Shown here: in pieces, positions 1 to 9,935 of the stretch
Position numbering within the stretch: position 1 is the first letter of the stretch
How the letters are laid out: each line of letters starts with the position of its first letter
The notes under the pieces: generated by a model
Databases searched by the model: none
What the model was told of the DNA's origin: nothing
What the model saw: the letters and a program-made list of their open reading frames with translations, nothing else
Program-made: the position numbers and the translations under genes
Sequence record: SRR31156797_201
Direction: 5' to 3' (one strand)
Length of the DNA: 20,000 nucleotides

Positions 1-453
1 GTTGCCTTTACTGCATCAATTATGAATGATGAACTGGATAGAATTCATGCTTTGTTCGATGAATATCTTCAAAAACCAGTTTTCAGAAAAGATGTATTTG
101 GTGTACTTAAGCGCTTTTTGCCTTATCGATATATGGATGAAGTAGAAGCAGAAGTTGTAAAAGAGGAGGTGAAGCTCTCAGGAGAATGCATTGCTGTTTT
201 ACCGGAGGTAATATCCAATTTGGAAGATGATTTTTTACCTGAATGGACTAAAATTAAGGACGATTTAATTATTTATGAAATCGAAAATTTTAGTAAAAAT
301 TTATCTGCATTTGCATTTAAGAAATCATGTGGAGTTTTAGATGAATATTGCAAGGAATTGGATATGGCCATTCAATCTTTTGATATTGAATTGATAGAAA
401 AGCAACTTAGTGGTTTCGATATGGTAATTTCTGATTTAAAAACATATTTGTAA
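1..453 (+). CDS. C-terminal part of a hybrid sensor histidine kinase/response regulator (end of receiver domain plus helical Hpt-like tail); 5' end lies outside the window
   Basis: Frame is open from base 1 (VAFTASIMNDE...FDEYLQKPV), matching the receiver-domain 'IAxTA...D.YL.KP' end. The ATG at 22 is probably internal. Stop at 451-453. Confidence 0.75.
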   Translation, partial: VAFTASIMNDELDRIHALFDEYLQKPVFRKDVFGVLKRFLPYRYMDEVEAEVVKEEVKLSGECIAVLPEVISNLEDDFLPEWTKIKDDLIIYEIENFSKNLSAFAFKKSCGVLDEYCKELDMAIQSFDIELIEKQLSGFDMVISDLKTYL

Positions 454-473
454 TTATTAATTCCCAATAATTT

Positions 474-509
474 AAAAAGCTCGTAACAATAACTGTTACG
501 AGCTTTTTT
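474..509 (+). terminator. Intrinsic terminator
   Basis: AAAAAGCTCGTAACA-ataac-TGTTACGAGCTTTTTT, a perfect inverted repeat with T tract. Confidence 0.9.
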
Positions 510-654
510 GTTTATGATTGAATATTGATGAATCCTTTGTTAAAAAAAGTACAAGATTACCCTTATTTTATCCATTTATTACTTTCTAAACACTCCTTAA
601 TTTTGTCTTGTAAATAATCTTAAAGAGCTATTAACTTCTTTTAAATAGATAATT

Positions 655-1293
655 ATGAGTAAAAAAGTATTGTATATAACAGCAAATCCAAAAACCGAAG
701 AGGAATCATTTGGTTTACAAGTGGGAAGAGAGTTTATTGAGGAGTATAAACAGCAGAATCCTATGGATGAGCTTACAGAATTGAATCTTTTTGAAACGGA
801 TGTACCATTATTGAGTGCTACTGCCTTTGATGCATTTGGAGTATTACAAAATGGAGGAAGCCTAGAAGAGTTAAGCAACGAACAGAAATCATTTTTGGGA
901 AGTTTAAATCTACTTTTAGAACAATTTATAGCTGCAGATGCTTATATTTTTGTAAGTCCATTATGGAATTTTTCTATTCCACCTGTATTAAAGGCTTACA
1001 TAGATGTTATTCTGCAAGCAGGCAAAACCTTTCATTATACTGATAATGGACCGGAAGGCTTAATGAAAGGTAAAAAAGCAATCCATATTCAAGCATCTGG
1101 AGGAATCTATAGTAAAGGGAATGCGGTGGAAATGGAATTTGGTCATCGATATTTGAAAACTGTACTTGGTTTTATAGGAATTTCAGACTTGAAGCTGATT
1201 CCGGTTGAGGGTGTGGCAATTGGACATTTAGATGTGAATGAAATAGTGAAATCGTCATCAGAAAAGGCTAGGGAGATGGCATTGGAATTTTAA
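655..1293 (+). CDS. azoR: FMN-dependent NADH-azoreductase (AzoR/AcpD, flavodoxin-like fold)
   Basis: Motifs VLYITANP, PLWNFSIPPVLKAYID, AGKTFHYT..GPEGL, ASGGIY, YLKTVLGFIGI. Confidence 0.93.
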   Translation: MSKKVLYITANPKTEEESFGLQVGREFIEEYKQQNPMDELTELNLFETDVPLLSATAFDAFGVLQNGGSLEELSNEQKSFLGSLNLLLEQFIAADAYIFVSPLWNFSIPPVLKAYIDVILQAGKTFHYTDNGPEGLMKGKKAIHIQASGGIYSKGNAVEMEFGHRYLKTVLGFIGISDLKLIPVEGVAIGHLDVNEIVKSSSEKAREMALEF

Positions 1294-1316
1294 AAGTTGA
1301 TTTTATTCTAATAATC

Positions 1317-1355
1317 ATGCGAATAGAATCATTTTCTGAATCTATTCGCATTTTT
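1317..1355 (+). terminator. Intrinsic terminator after azoR
   Basis: ATGCGAATAGA...TCTATTCGCAT followed by TTTT. Confidence 0.75.
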
Positions 1356-1481
1356 AGTATCTTGGAGATAATGGTAATTGTTAAAAATCCTTTAAATGTC
1401 GGAGTGAAGACATTTTTGACTTTTAAGTATATGTAAAAACAACTATTTTTGTAGTTTAAGTGTCGGACAAATTTTCAACTC

Positions 1482-3851
1482 ATGAAGTTAGATCAATTAA
1501 TATTGACCAATAAAGAAGTTCCTTTCAAGAAATCATTAAGTTTTCTTCCTTTGATTAAAAGAATTAAGGCAGAAACAGGTTGTAGTACAAGATCTTGTAT
1601 TCATGGTAAATCCATTTTGGAATTAGTTGAGAAAACACCTGAGTTAGCAAGAATTGACTTTCCTATTGAAGATACGGAGAGGTTTAAAGATGAAATTCAT
1701 CACCTGATGTCATATTTGATAACTCCAATTCAGTACGAAAATGGGATTGGAGTGGCTTCTACACCTTTCGACGATGATAATTTTTACCATACACCAAAGT
1801 ATTTGGAATTGTATAACAATGAAAATTATGAGATAGAATTGGTAGAGCAAAAGCATCAGGATGAGTGTTTTAAGACTTTCACGATGCTGATGTACGCATA
1901 CATGATGATCCTTCCGAAATATTACAATTTCGGATTGGAAATGGATTATTTGTTCATGTATAAAGTAACTGATAAACTTAACGGATTAGTTAAATATTAT
2001 AAACTGGAGTTTGATAATTCATGTTTAGAACTTAAATATGAAGGAAAACTTCCGAAGCTTAGCGAAGACCAAATTCATCAAATGATTAATGATCCATTGA
2101 ATATGGATTTTTGGCTTAAAACTCTTCCGCTTGACAAATTTACTTTCTGTGGATTTTTATCTTTTTGGTATGTTGATGTGACTCAAATAGAGGTGATCTC
2201 ATCTTTAAAATCGCAATTACTTGAAAAATCGGCAATCATTAATAAAGATAATTTTATTGATTTAGAACAAAGTATTCGCTCATTATTGTCATTGCCGAAT
2301 TTAAATTTAGGTGTAATTGCCATAGGTATGAATCAGGGGAATGTAGAAAACCCCTCTAATTTTTGGCATGGATTTTTAGATCCCAACAAGTATAAATGCG
2401 ATGCTTATCAAGGAACATTTTATGAAGAAGCTGGTCGCTCTAGTGCTCCTGAGTTAATAAATGATTTATCACAGGTAAAAAATCCGGGAAAAATTGAGAA
2501 GGCTTTACTAGATAAAGGAATTCGTAATATAAGTGTAATACCTTTAGAATTCGAGGGAGAACTAATTGGTATGATGGAATTGGGATCTACCAAAGCTTTT
2601 GATATCAATTTTACAAAACTGAGAATTATTAAAGATATTATTCCTGTTTTCTCGATTGCTCTGCAACGTACAAGTGATGAATTGAAAAATAAGATTGAAG
2701 CGACCATTAAGGAAGAGTGTACGGCAATACATCCAAGTGTTGAGTGGAGATTTCAGCAAGCTGCTGCAAATTTATTAGGGAAGAGAGTGGCAGGTGAAAA
2801 TGCAAGGATGGAAGAAATCGTATTCCCTAATGTTCATCCTTTGTATGGTGCAATTGATGTGCGTCATTCATCTGTGATAAGAAATCAAACCATTCAGGAT
2901 GATTTGGTGGAACAATTACAATTGATTCGTAAGGTTCTGACAGCGGTATACGAAATCAGGGAAATGCCTATTTACGATCAGTTGATTTACAAAATTGATT
3001 TCTTTATTAAGAGCATCCGGGATGGACTTTCATCAGGAGATGAAATGAATGTTTTAAATTTTGTTCGCCATGATGTTGAACCACTATTTTCTCATTTTGA
3101 AAAAGATGGGGATGAGGTAAGAAATGCAGTGAATATCTATAGGCAAAATATTGATCCTGAATTAAATATTGTATATAAACGACGTAAGGATTTTGAAGAT
3201 AGTTTAGGATTGATTAATGATTGTGTAACCTCTTATATAGAGAAAGAGCAGGAAAAAGCTCAATTAATGTTTCCTCATTATTTTGAAAAATATAGAACTG
3301 ACGGAGTAGAACACAATATTTATATCGGTCATAGCATTGCAAATAACCAAAGTTTTGATCGTATTTATTTGAAAAATCTACGTTTATGGCAATTGATCAT
3401 TAGTGCAGAGTTGGCACGAAAAACGAAGGCTCTTAAAAAATCCTTGCCAATTCCTTTGGATACGACTGGTTTGATCCTTGTTCACTCCCAACCATTAGCT
3501 ATACGTTTCCGTCAGGATGAGAAGCAATTTGATGTTGATGGAGCCTACAATATAAGATATGAAATTGTTAAAAAACGCATTGATAAAGCTGTAATAAAAG
3601 GAACAAATGAGCGATTAACACAGCCAGATATGCTTGCCATAATCTTTAGTCAGGAAAGTGAAATGACAGAGTATTTAAGGTATTTGGAATATCTAATTGC
3701 CGGAGATTATTTTGAAGATAAGATTGAACAACTTGACTTAGAAGATTTGCAAGGAGTATATGGATTGAAGGCTATTCGTGTGAAAGTGAAAAATGGACCG
3801 GAAGCAATTAATACCCTACAGCTTGCTGAAGATTTAAAAATGGATAATTAA
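1482..3851 (+). CDS. GAF domain-containing protein (789 aa) with a C-terminal region resembling a divergent class III nucleotidyl cyclase
   Basis: GAF signature 'GIRNISVIPLEFEGELIGMMELGS'. C-terminal motifs IDVRHS, EKYRTDGV, ILVHSQP, FDVDGAYN. No obvious signal peptide or TM segment. Confidence 0.75.
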   Translation: MKLDQLILTNKEVPFKKSLSFLPLIKRIKAETGCSTRSCIHGKSILELVEKTPELARIDFPIEDTERFKDEIHHLMSYLITPIQYENGIGVASTPFDDDNFYHTPKYLELYNNENYEIELVEQKHQDECFKTFTMLMYAYMMILPKYYNFGLEMDYLFMYKVTDKLNGLVKYYKLEFDNSCLELKYEGKLPKLSEDQIHQMINDPLNMDFWLKTLPLDKFTFCGFLSFWYVDVTQIEVISSLKSQLLEKSAIINKDNFIDLEQSIRSLLSLPNLNLGVIAIGMNQGNVENPSNFWHGFLDPNKYKCDAYQGTFYEEAGRSSAPELINDLSQVKNPGKIEKALLDKGIRNISVIPLEFEGELIGMMELGSTKAFDINFTKLRIIKDIIPVFSIALQRTSDELKNKIEATIKEECTAIHPSVEWRFQQAAANLLGKRVAGENARMEEIVFPNVHPLYGAIDVRHSSVIRNQTIQDDLVEQLQLIRKVLTAVYEIREMPIYDQLIYKIDFFIKSIRDGLSSGDEMNVLNFVRHDVEPLFSHFEKDGDEVRNAVNIYRQNIDPELNIVYKRRKDFEDSLGLINDCVTSYIEKEQEKAQLMFPHYFEKYRTDGVEHNIYIGHSIANNQSFDRIYLKNLRLWQLIISAELARKTKALKKSLPIPLDTTGLILVHSQPLAIRFRQDEKQFDVDGAYNIRYEIVKKRIDKAVIKGTNERLTQPDMLAIIFSQESEMTEYLRYLEYLIAGDYFEDKIEQLDLEDLQGVYGLKAIRVKVKNGPEAINTLQLAEDLKMDN

Positions 3852-3876
3852 AATTATTATTACTATAAAAATAGGG

Positions 3877-3902
3877 AAGCCTTTCGAAAGAGAGGTTTTT
3901 TT
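3877..3902 (+). terminator. Intrinsic terminator
   Basis: AAGCCTTTC-gaaa-GAGAGGTTT plus T tract; GNRA loop. Confidence 0.8.
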
Positions 3903-4050
3903 ATTCTTTATGATATTGAATATTAACAATTGATACATTTTTAAGTTTAAAAAGGAATTTGTATTATTGTTTGAAGAAATGGTTTTGTATTCAAGCTATT
4001 AAAAATAGAATCCCCACACATTTTATATTTATTTCTGAACTTTAAATTTA

Positions 4051-6261
4051 ATGAGGTACATTTTACTTTGTCTGATTGTTGTCTCTTTCTTAACAAAAGG
4101 TGTTGCGCAATCAAATGTTGATAGTTTACAAAAGAAAGAACGACCAAAAATTGGTTTGGTATTAAGTGGTGGTGGTGCTAAAGGTTTTGCCCATGTTGGT
4201 GTACTTAAGGTGATTGATGAGTTGGGAATTCCTATTGATTATATTTCCGGGACGAGTATGGGGAGTATTATTGGTGGCTTTTATGCAATTGGTTATTCTG
4301 CAGTCGATATTGAAAAAATGATTCTAAGTCAAGACTGGGATAAACTTTTAGCAGATGAGGTATCCCGTAAACATGTCCCTTTTCTTGCCAAGCAAAATTA
4401 CGAGAGACATGTGTTGTCATTTCCGATTAAGCCTAAAGGTATTGAATTGCCAAGTGGAATTGTGAAAGGTCAAAATGTAATTAATTTATTTGAGCGATTA
4501 TCTATAGAATATCATAATGTTGATAATTTTAGAAAATTACCCATTCCTTTTGTTTGTGTTGCTACAGATTTAGAAACGGGAGAGGCCGTAATTTTGGATA
4601 AAGGATATTTGCCTGAAGCCATGAGAGCAAGTATGGCAATTCCAACCGTGTTTTCACCTATCGAAATAGATGGAAAATTGTTAGTTGATGGAGGAATGGT
4701 GAACAATTTCCCAGTAAAGGAAGTGGTTGAAATGGGAGCCGATATTGTTATTGGTGTTGATGTTCAGGCAGGACCAAAATCAAAGGAGGAATTAAATTCT
4801 TTTTTAGATGTTATCAATCAAACAGTATCACTAATGTCTTTAAAAGAATTTAAGAAAAATATTGACTTTGTTGATGTTTACATTAAGCCTGACATTAATA
4901 ATTATTCAGTTGGGAGTTTTGATGAAGCTGATTCCTTGATCCGAAAAGGAGAGGAAATCGGACGAACTTTTATTCCTGCCTTAAAAGCTTTAAAAGATAA
5001 ATATCAATTAAAGAAAAATAAGATAAAAAAATACAAACCACCTGTTGATTCAACAACTTACTACGTTAAAAATATTGAATTTGAAGGTTTAAATGAAGTA
5101 AGTAATTCTCTCTTATCGGGTAAATTAAATTTAGATACTCCTGGTGAAGTGAGTTTGTATCAATTGCAGAAAGGTATTAATCGTGGATTTGGAAGTAGAT
5201 ATTTTGATCATGTCGACTTTAAAATGGTAGGGAATAAGACTAAATCTCTTCAAGTTCGTGTTAAAGAAAGAACAACTAAAAGATTTAATGTGGGATTACG
5301 GTACGATTCCGATAATCAAGCTGGTGTTTTGCTGAATACCACATTTCGTAATAAGTTAAGAAGTGGATCGCAATTATCCTTCGATTTAAAACTGGCAGAG
5401 AGTCCACGATTTGTTACAACCTATTCTATTGATAATGGATTAAAACCGGGACTCACACTACAAGCAGAATATAACGACTGGGAAGTTAATGCTTATGAAG
5501 ACGGAGAAAAAGTAGGGAATTTCGATTTAGATTACGTTAGGTTGGATATAAATACACATTCCATTTTGAAAGAATCATATTCTGTTGGAATTGGTGCAAA
5601 GGCAGAATACTATAAGGTTGCTTCTAATTTTACTATGGTTAATATTCCGGAAAATGAAACTAATGAAGATGATTTTTTCTTTTCATATTATGCATTTTTA
5701 AGGGTGGATTCACATGAAAAGGCTTACTATCCTAAAAAAGGAGTTAGTTTGTATGGAGAATACAAATTGGTAACAAATAATGGAGCAAGTTTGGATGGAA
5801 TGGAGAGACCTGCTTCTATAGCCTATTTAAAATTTCAAAAAGCGATTAGTGTAAGTCCTGCATTAACAATTTATCCAAAGTTTTATGGTAGAGTTATTTG
5901 GGGTAAAAATATTCCAGATTTTTTTATGACTTATACCGGAGGTATTGATCAAACGGATTATTTTGATATTCAGATTCCATTTGTCGGACTGGATAGAATG
6001 GAAATGGCTACTACAAATTCATTTGTGTTCAGAAGTGATTTTCAATACGAATTATTTAAAAATAACTACTTGGTACTAAAAGCCAATTTTGGAAAACTTA
6101 CTGATGACGTTAATAATTCTTTAGATGAAGGAGAATGGATTAGAGGTATAGGTTTAACTTATTCATACAATAGCTTGATTGGTCCTATGGAGTTTTCTTT
6201 AATGTATTCGAATAAAAAAGAGAAAGTTTTGAATTACGTTAGTTTAGGTTTTTGGTTTTAA
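4051..6261 (+). CDS. Patatin-like phospholipase with POTRA and BamA/TamA-type beta-barrel (PlpD/type Vd architecture)
   Basis: Signal peptide; patatin motifs GGGAKG, GTSMG and DGG; POTRA-like 'VKNIEFEGLNEVS...VKER'; beta-rich C-terminus ending in 'SLGFWF'. Confidence 0.88.
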   Translation: MRYILLCLIVVSFLTKGVAQSNVDSLQKKERPKIGLVLSGGGAKGFAHVGVLKVIDELGIPIDYISGTSMGSIIGGFYAIGYSAVDIEKMILSQDWDKLLADEVSRKHVPFLAKQNYERHVLSFPIKPKGIELPSGIVKGQNVINLFERLSIEYHNVDNFRKLPIPFVCVATDLETGEAVILDKGYLPEAMRASMAIPTVFSPIEIDGKLLVDGGMVNNFPVKEVVEMGADIVIGVDVQAGPKSKEELNSFLDVINQTVSLMSLKEFKKNIDFVDVYIKPDINNYSVGSFDEADSLIRKGEEIGRTFIPALKALKDKYQLKKNKIKKYKPPVDSTTYYVKNIEFEGLNEVSNSLLSGKLNLDTPGEVSLYQLQKGINRGFGSRYFDHVDFKMVGNKTKSLQVRVKERTTKRFNVGLRYDSDNQAGVLLNTTFRNKLRSGSQLSFDLKLAESPRFVTTYSIDNGLKPGLTLQAEYNDWEVNAYEDGEKVGNFDLDYVRLDINTHSILKESYSVGIGAKAEYYKVASNFTMVNIPENETNEDDFFFSYYAFLRVDSHEKAYYPKKGVSLYGEYKLVTNNGASLDGMERPASIAYLKFQKAISVSPALTIYPKFYGRVIWGKNIPDFFMTYTGGIDQTDYFDIQIPFVGLDRMEMATTNSFVFRSDFQYELFKNNYLVLKANFGKLTDDVNNSLDEGEWIRGIGLTYSYNSLIGPMEFSLMYSNKKEKVLNYVSLGFWF

Positions 6262-6330
6262 TAGAAATACTAAAAATCAATTGTTCTCGTTTTGATTGGT
6301 AAGATTTAAATTTAATAAAGTAGAATTTGC

Positions 6331-7392
6331 ATGAATTTCAATAAACTTCTCCTATTACTATCTTTAGTGATTTTATTTGGGAATTCGGTGATAGCTCAAA
6401 TCGAATCAGATACTACCAACTATGATTGGAACCCAAGTGTAGTTGGAGTAGGACCAGTAAGAGGATTTGAAGTGTCTTATCATGCGAATTCGAATTTTGA
6501 TATTGGATCAGATTCAGATATTTATGGAAAGGGAAAAGGAGAAATAGATTACAACAGAGTATTTAAAACCAAATTGCGCTTTCCCATTTGGTTGAAAAAA
6601 AATCTAAAAATCGCTGGTAGTTTCGAATATAGCGATGAAGAAATACATTTTAAAGATATTGAAAATACTAGTTATCCATTATATCGAAGTCTTGATGATA
6701 AAAATTTGAAAAGTCTTGGAGGTAGCATTTATTTGATGACTCAACTGAGAAGAAACAAGTATTTTATGATTCGTTTTAATGCAAAATTAAAGGGAGATTA
6801 TTGGAAAGAACATATTGGAGACGTAAGTAAATATACCTTTTTAAAAATGGAGGTATCACCGCTTATTGGCTGGAAGGTGAACAAATATAAATCTTGGGGG
6901 GTAGGAGTTGCATTTTCATATACTTTTGGAGATCCTTTAATTTTTCCAATATTTGCCTACAATCACACCTTTGCTGACAAGTGGGGTGTGGAAGCATTTT
7001 TACCAGCAAAAATAAAATTGCGTTATCAGGCTTCTAAACTTTGCTTTATCAATGCAAAAACTTACTTAAAGGGAGGTAGCTACAGTATACATCTTGACGA
7101 TCCGGCATTAAATGATTTTAAAACATTAGAATTGAGAAGGTCCGATGTGAACTTCTCAATAGAAATTGATAAGGGTATTACAGATTGGTTGTGGTTATCA
7201 TTGGAAAGTGGTTACAGAACAAATATTAATTTTGATGTGACAAACAAGAATAATACGTTTAGCTTATCCGGAAGTAAACTTACAAACGAGAATAATATCA
7301 TTGATTCTTATGCCAAAGGAGGTATGTTTTACAACCTTTCCTTGTTTATTGTTCCATCAAAAACATTACTCAAAAAGATTGGTTTAAAGTAA
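6331..7392 (+). CDS. Outer-membrane beta-barrel protein (DUF6268-like)
   Basis: Signal peptide; alternating aromatic strands; 'WGVGVAFSYTFGDPLIFPIFAYNH...WGVEAFLP' pattern. Confidence 0.65.
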   Translation: MNFNKLLLLLSLVILFGNSVIAQIESDTTNYDWNPSVVGVGPVRGFEVSYHANSNFDIGSDSDIYGKGKGEIDYNRVFKTKLRFPIWLKKNLKIAGSFEYSDEEIHFKDIENTSYPLYRSLDDKNLKSLGGSIYLMTQLRRNKYFMIRFNAKLKGDYWKEHIGDVSKYTFLKMEVSPLIGWKVNKYKSWGVGVAFSYTFGDPLIFPIFAYNHTFADKWGVEAFLPAKIKLRYQASKLCFINAKTYLKGGSYSIHLDDPALNDFKTLELRRSDVNFSIEIDKGITDWLWLSLESGYRTNINFDVTNKNNTFSLSGSKLTNENNIIDSYAKGGMFYNLSLFIVPSKTLLKKIGLK

Positions 7393-7394
7393 GA

Positions 7395-7423
7395 AAGGCA
7401 ATATCCATAACGAATATTGCCTT
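7395..7423. terminator. Hairpin between convergent genes; likely bidirectional terminator
   Basis: AAGGCAATAT-ccataacga-ATATTGCCTT in the 41-bp gap between the barrel gene and lysA. Confidence 0.7.
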
Positions 7424-7433
7424 AAATTATTCC

Positions 7434-8597
7434 TTAAATTGAGTCTATTTCATTTGAGAATATCGAGCTAGCAATATCTCTTAAATTATATCTTGATGCC
7501 ATTGCCTCGCCATAGGCTCCTGTAGTTCTTATGGCAATTAAATCATTCCTTTTAGTTGCAGGCAAATCTACAGATTTACCAAAACAATCGGATGATTCGC
7601 AAATAGGTCCAACCACATCATATTTATCTATAGAACCATTTGAACTAATATTTTCAATTTTGTGATAGGCTTGATAAAGTGCAGGTCGTAATAATTCTGT
7701 CATTCCAGCATCTAAAATGGCGAACTTGGTGTTTACACCATTTTTAACGTAAAGAACTTTAGAAATTACACTTCCACACTGGGCTACAACCGAACGTCCT
7801 AGTTCAAAATGAAGTTCTTGCTTTGGTTTTAAATTCAAAAATTCATCAAAGATTCCAAAGAATGTTGGAAAATCAGGAATCGGATTTTCATCCGGATTTT
7901 CATAATCAACTCCAAATCCTCCTCCTACATTAATATGGTCTACGAATACTTGTCGGTTGGTAAACCATTCCTGAATTTCATTAATTCTTAAACAAAGACC
8001 TTTAAAAACACTTAAGTCGGTTATTTGAGATCCAATATGAAAGTGTAAACCAATTAGTTTAAGGTTTTTTAGGACTTGCAGATTTTCTAAAACACTTTCA
8101 AATTCCCATCGATTAATTCCAAATTTATTTTCTTCGATTCCAGTTGTAATGTAATGGTGTGTATTGGCATTTACATTCGGGTTGATACGAATGGCAATTC
8201 TTGCTGTCTTACCCGCTTCTTCTGCCAATTCGTTAATCAATTCCATTTCTGGTATCGATTCACAATTGAAACAAAAGATATCAGAATCAAGAGCAGTTCG
8301 AATTTCTTTATCTGATTTACCTACACCTGCATAAACGATCTTATCCGATGTAAATCCACATTCTAAAGATCGGTTGATTTCATTACCACTCACACAATCG
8401 GCACCAAATCCATAGGATTGAATTTTTTTCATGATACCATGATTTGCATTTGCCTTTACGGCATAGTGAACATGATATCCATACTTAGAGGATTCGGTTT
8501 GAATTGTATTAAGAGTTTGCTCCAAAATATTCATATCATAGAAATAGAATGGAGTATCTATATTATTGAATTTTTCTATTCTCTTACTGTTGAACAT
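7434..8597 (-). CDS. lysA: Diaminopimelate decarboxylase
   Basis: YAVKAN (PLP lysine), HFHIGSQ, GGGFG, ELGR, RPALY, GPICESSD, GAYG. Confidence 0.97.
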   Translation of the reverse strand: MFNSKRIEKFNNIDTPFYFYDMNILEQTLNTIQTESSKYGYHVHYAVKANANHGIMKKIQSYGFGADCVSGNEINRSLECGFTSDKIVYAGVGKSDKEIRTALDSDIFCFNCESIPEMELINELAEEAGKTARIAIRINPNVNANTHHYITTGIEENKFGINRWEFESVLENLQVLKNLKLIGLHFHIGSQITDLSVFKGLCLRINEIQEWFTNRQVFVDHINVGGGFGVDYENPDENPIPDFPTFFGIFDEFLNLKPKQELHFELGRSVVAQCGSVISKVLYVKNGVNTKFAILDAGMTELLRPALYQAYHKIENISSNGSIDKYDVVGPICESSDCFGKSVDLPATKRNDLIAIRTTGAYGEAMASRYNLRDIASSIFSNEIDSI

Positions 8598-8624
8598 GAT
8601 TAAAAATTGGTTGAAAGTGTAACA

Positions 8625-9935
8625 TTAGAACAAATGATTACTTAATGCCTGAAGAGCAGCAATCTTATCTTCCTGATTTACTAAAACAGAGATGTTGTGC
8701 TTGCTTCCGCCATATGAAATCATACGCAAAGGGATATTTTCAAGAGCACCCAAAACTTTCTTAGCACTTCCTGCTGATTCCGAAATAAAATCACCAACAA
8801 TACAAATAATTGATTGATTTTGATCTATTTCAACACTTCCGTATTTAGCCAATTCGCTTTCTATTTCCTTCAAATTCGAATCATCATCAATGGTTAAAGA
8901 AACGGCAACTTCCGATGTGGTAATCATGTCTATCGGAGTCTTGTAAATTTCGAATACTTCAAAAACTTTGCGCAAGAATCCGTAAGCTAAAAGCATACGA
9001 CCTGATTTAATTTTGATTGCTGTAATTCCATCTTTAGCAGCAATAGCTTTAATCCCTTTTCCAACCAGATCATTGGAGATTAAGGTTCCTGAATCTGTTG
9101 GACTTAGAGTGTTTTTTAAGCGTACAGGTACACTTTGTGATTTACAAGGCATGATACTGGAAGGGTGCATAATTTTAGCACCAAAATAGGCTAACTCAGC
9201 AGCTTCGTCGAAGGATAATTGTTCAAGTGCTTTGGTATTTTCAACATATCTTGGATCGTTGTTGTGAAAACCATCTATATCAGTCCAAATTTGAACCTCT
9301 TCTGATTGCAATACAGATCCTATTAATGAGGCTGTGTAGTCACTTCCACCTCTCTTTAAATTGTCGATTTCGCCATAAACATTTCTACAAATAAAACCCT
9401 GGGTAATGTATAATTTGTGTTCTGTTTCTTCGCTAAGAATTCGGTCTAAATTTTCTTTGATATAGAAATAATCTGGTTCACCATCCTTATCTATTCTCAT
9501 GAAATTTAGAGCAGGTAGGAACACTGAATTAACTCCAGATTCTGACAAATAGTAGTGAAACATAGCAGTTGAAATCAATTCTCCCTGAGCCAAAATCGCC
9601 TTTTCCTGAAGTGTGGTAAAGCTTCGGAAAACAAAATTTCGGATGTAATTAAAATGAGATGTAATTAGCTCATTTCCTTTTGATTTATATTCTTCACTTG
9701 CATATAAATCGACTATTCTTTCTCGATATTGCTGTTCTAACTCAGTGATCTTTTCGTTAGCTAAATCATTCTGTTCCTGATACAATAGTTCCGTAATTTC
9801 AACCAGAGCATTTGTGGTTCCTGCCATTGCTGATAAAACGATAATTCTGGACTCATCCGCCTGGACGAGTTGAGCCAAATTTTTAATTCTCTCAGGCGAT
9901 CCTACTGATGTTCCGCCAAATTTTAAAACTCTCAT
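8625..9935 (-). CDS. lysC: Aspartate kinase, monofunctional with C-terminal ACT domains
   Basis: VLKFGGTSVG, VLSAM, RGGSDYTA, IWTDIDG, EAAELAYFGAKIMHP, TTSEVAVS; 27 bp upstream of lysA. Confidence 0.96.
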   Translation of the reverse strand: MRVLKFGGTSVGSPERIKNLAQLVQADESRIIVLSAMAGTTNALVEITELLYQEQNDLANEKITELEQQYRERIVDLYASEEYKSKGNELITSHFNYIRNFVFRSFTTLQEKAILAQGELISTAMFHYYLSESGVNSVFLPALNFMRIDKDGEPDYFYIKENLDRILSEETEHKLYITQGFICRNVYGEIDNLKRGGSDYTASLIGSVLQSEEVQIWTDIDGFHNNDPRYVENTKALEQLSFDEAAELAYFGAKIMHPSSIMPCKSQSVPVRLKNTLSPTDSGTLISNDLVGKGIKAIAAKDGITAIKIKSGRMLLAYGFLRKVFEVFEIYKTPIDMITTSEVAVSLTIDDDSNLKEIESELAKYGSVEIDQNQSIICIVGDFISESAGSAKKVLGALENIPLRMISYGGSKHNISVLVNQEDKIAALQALSNHLF

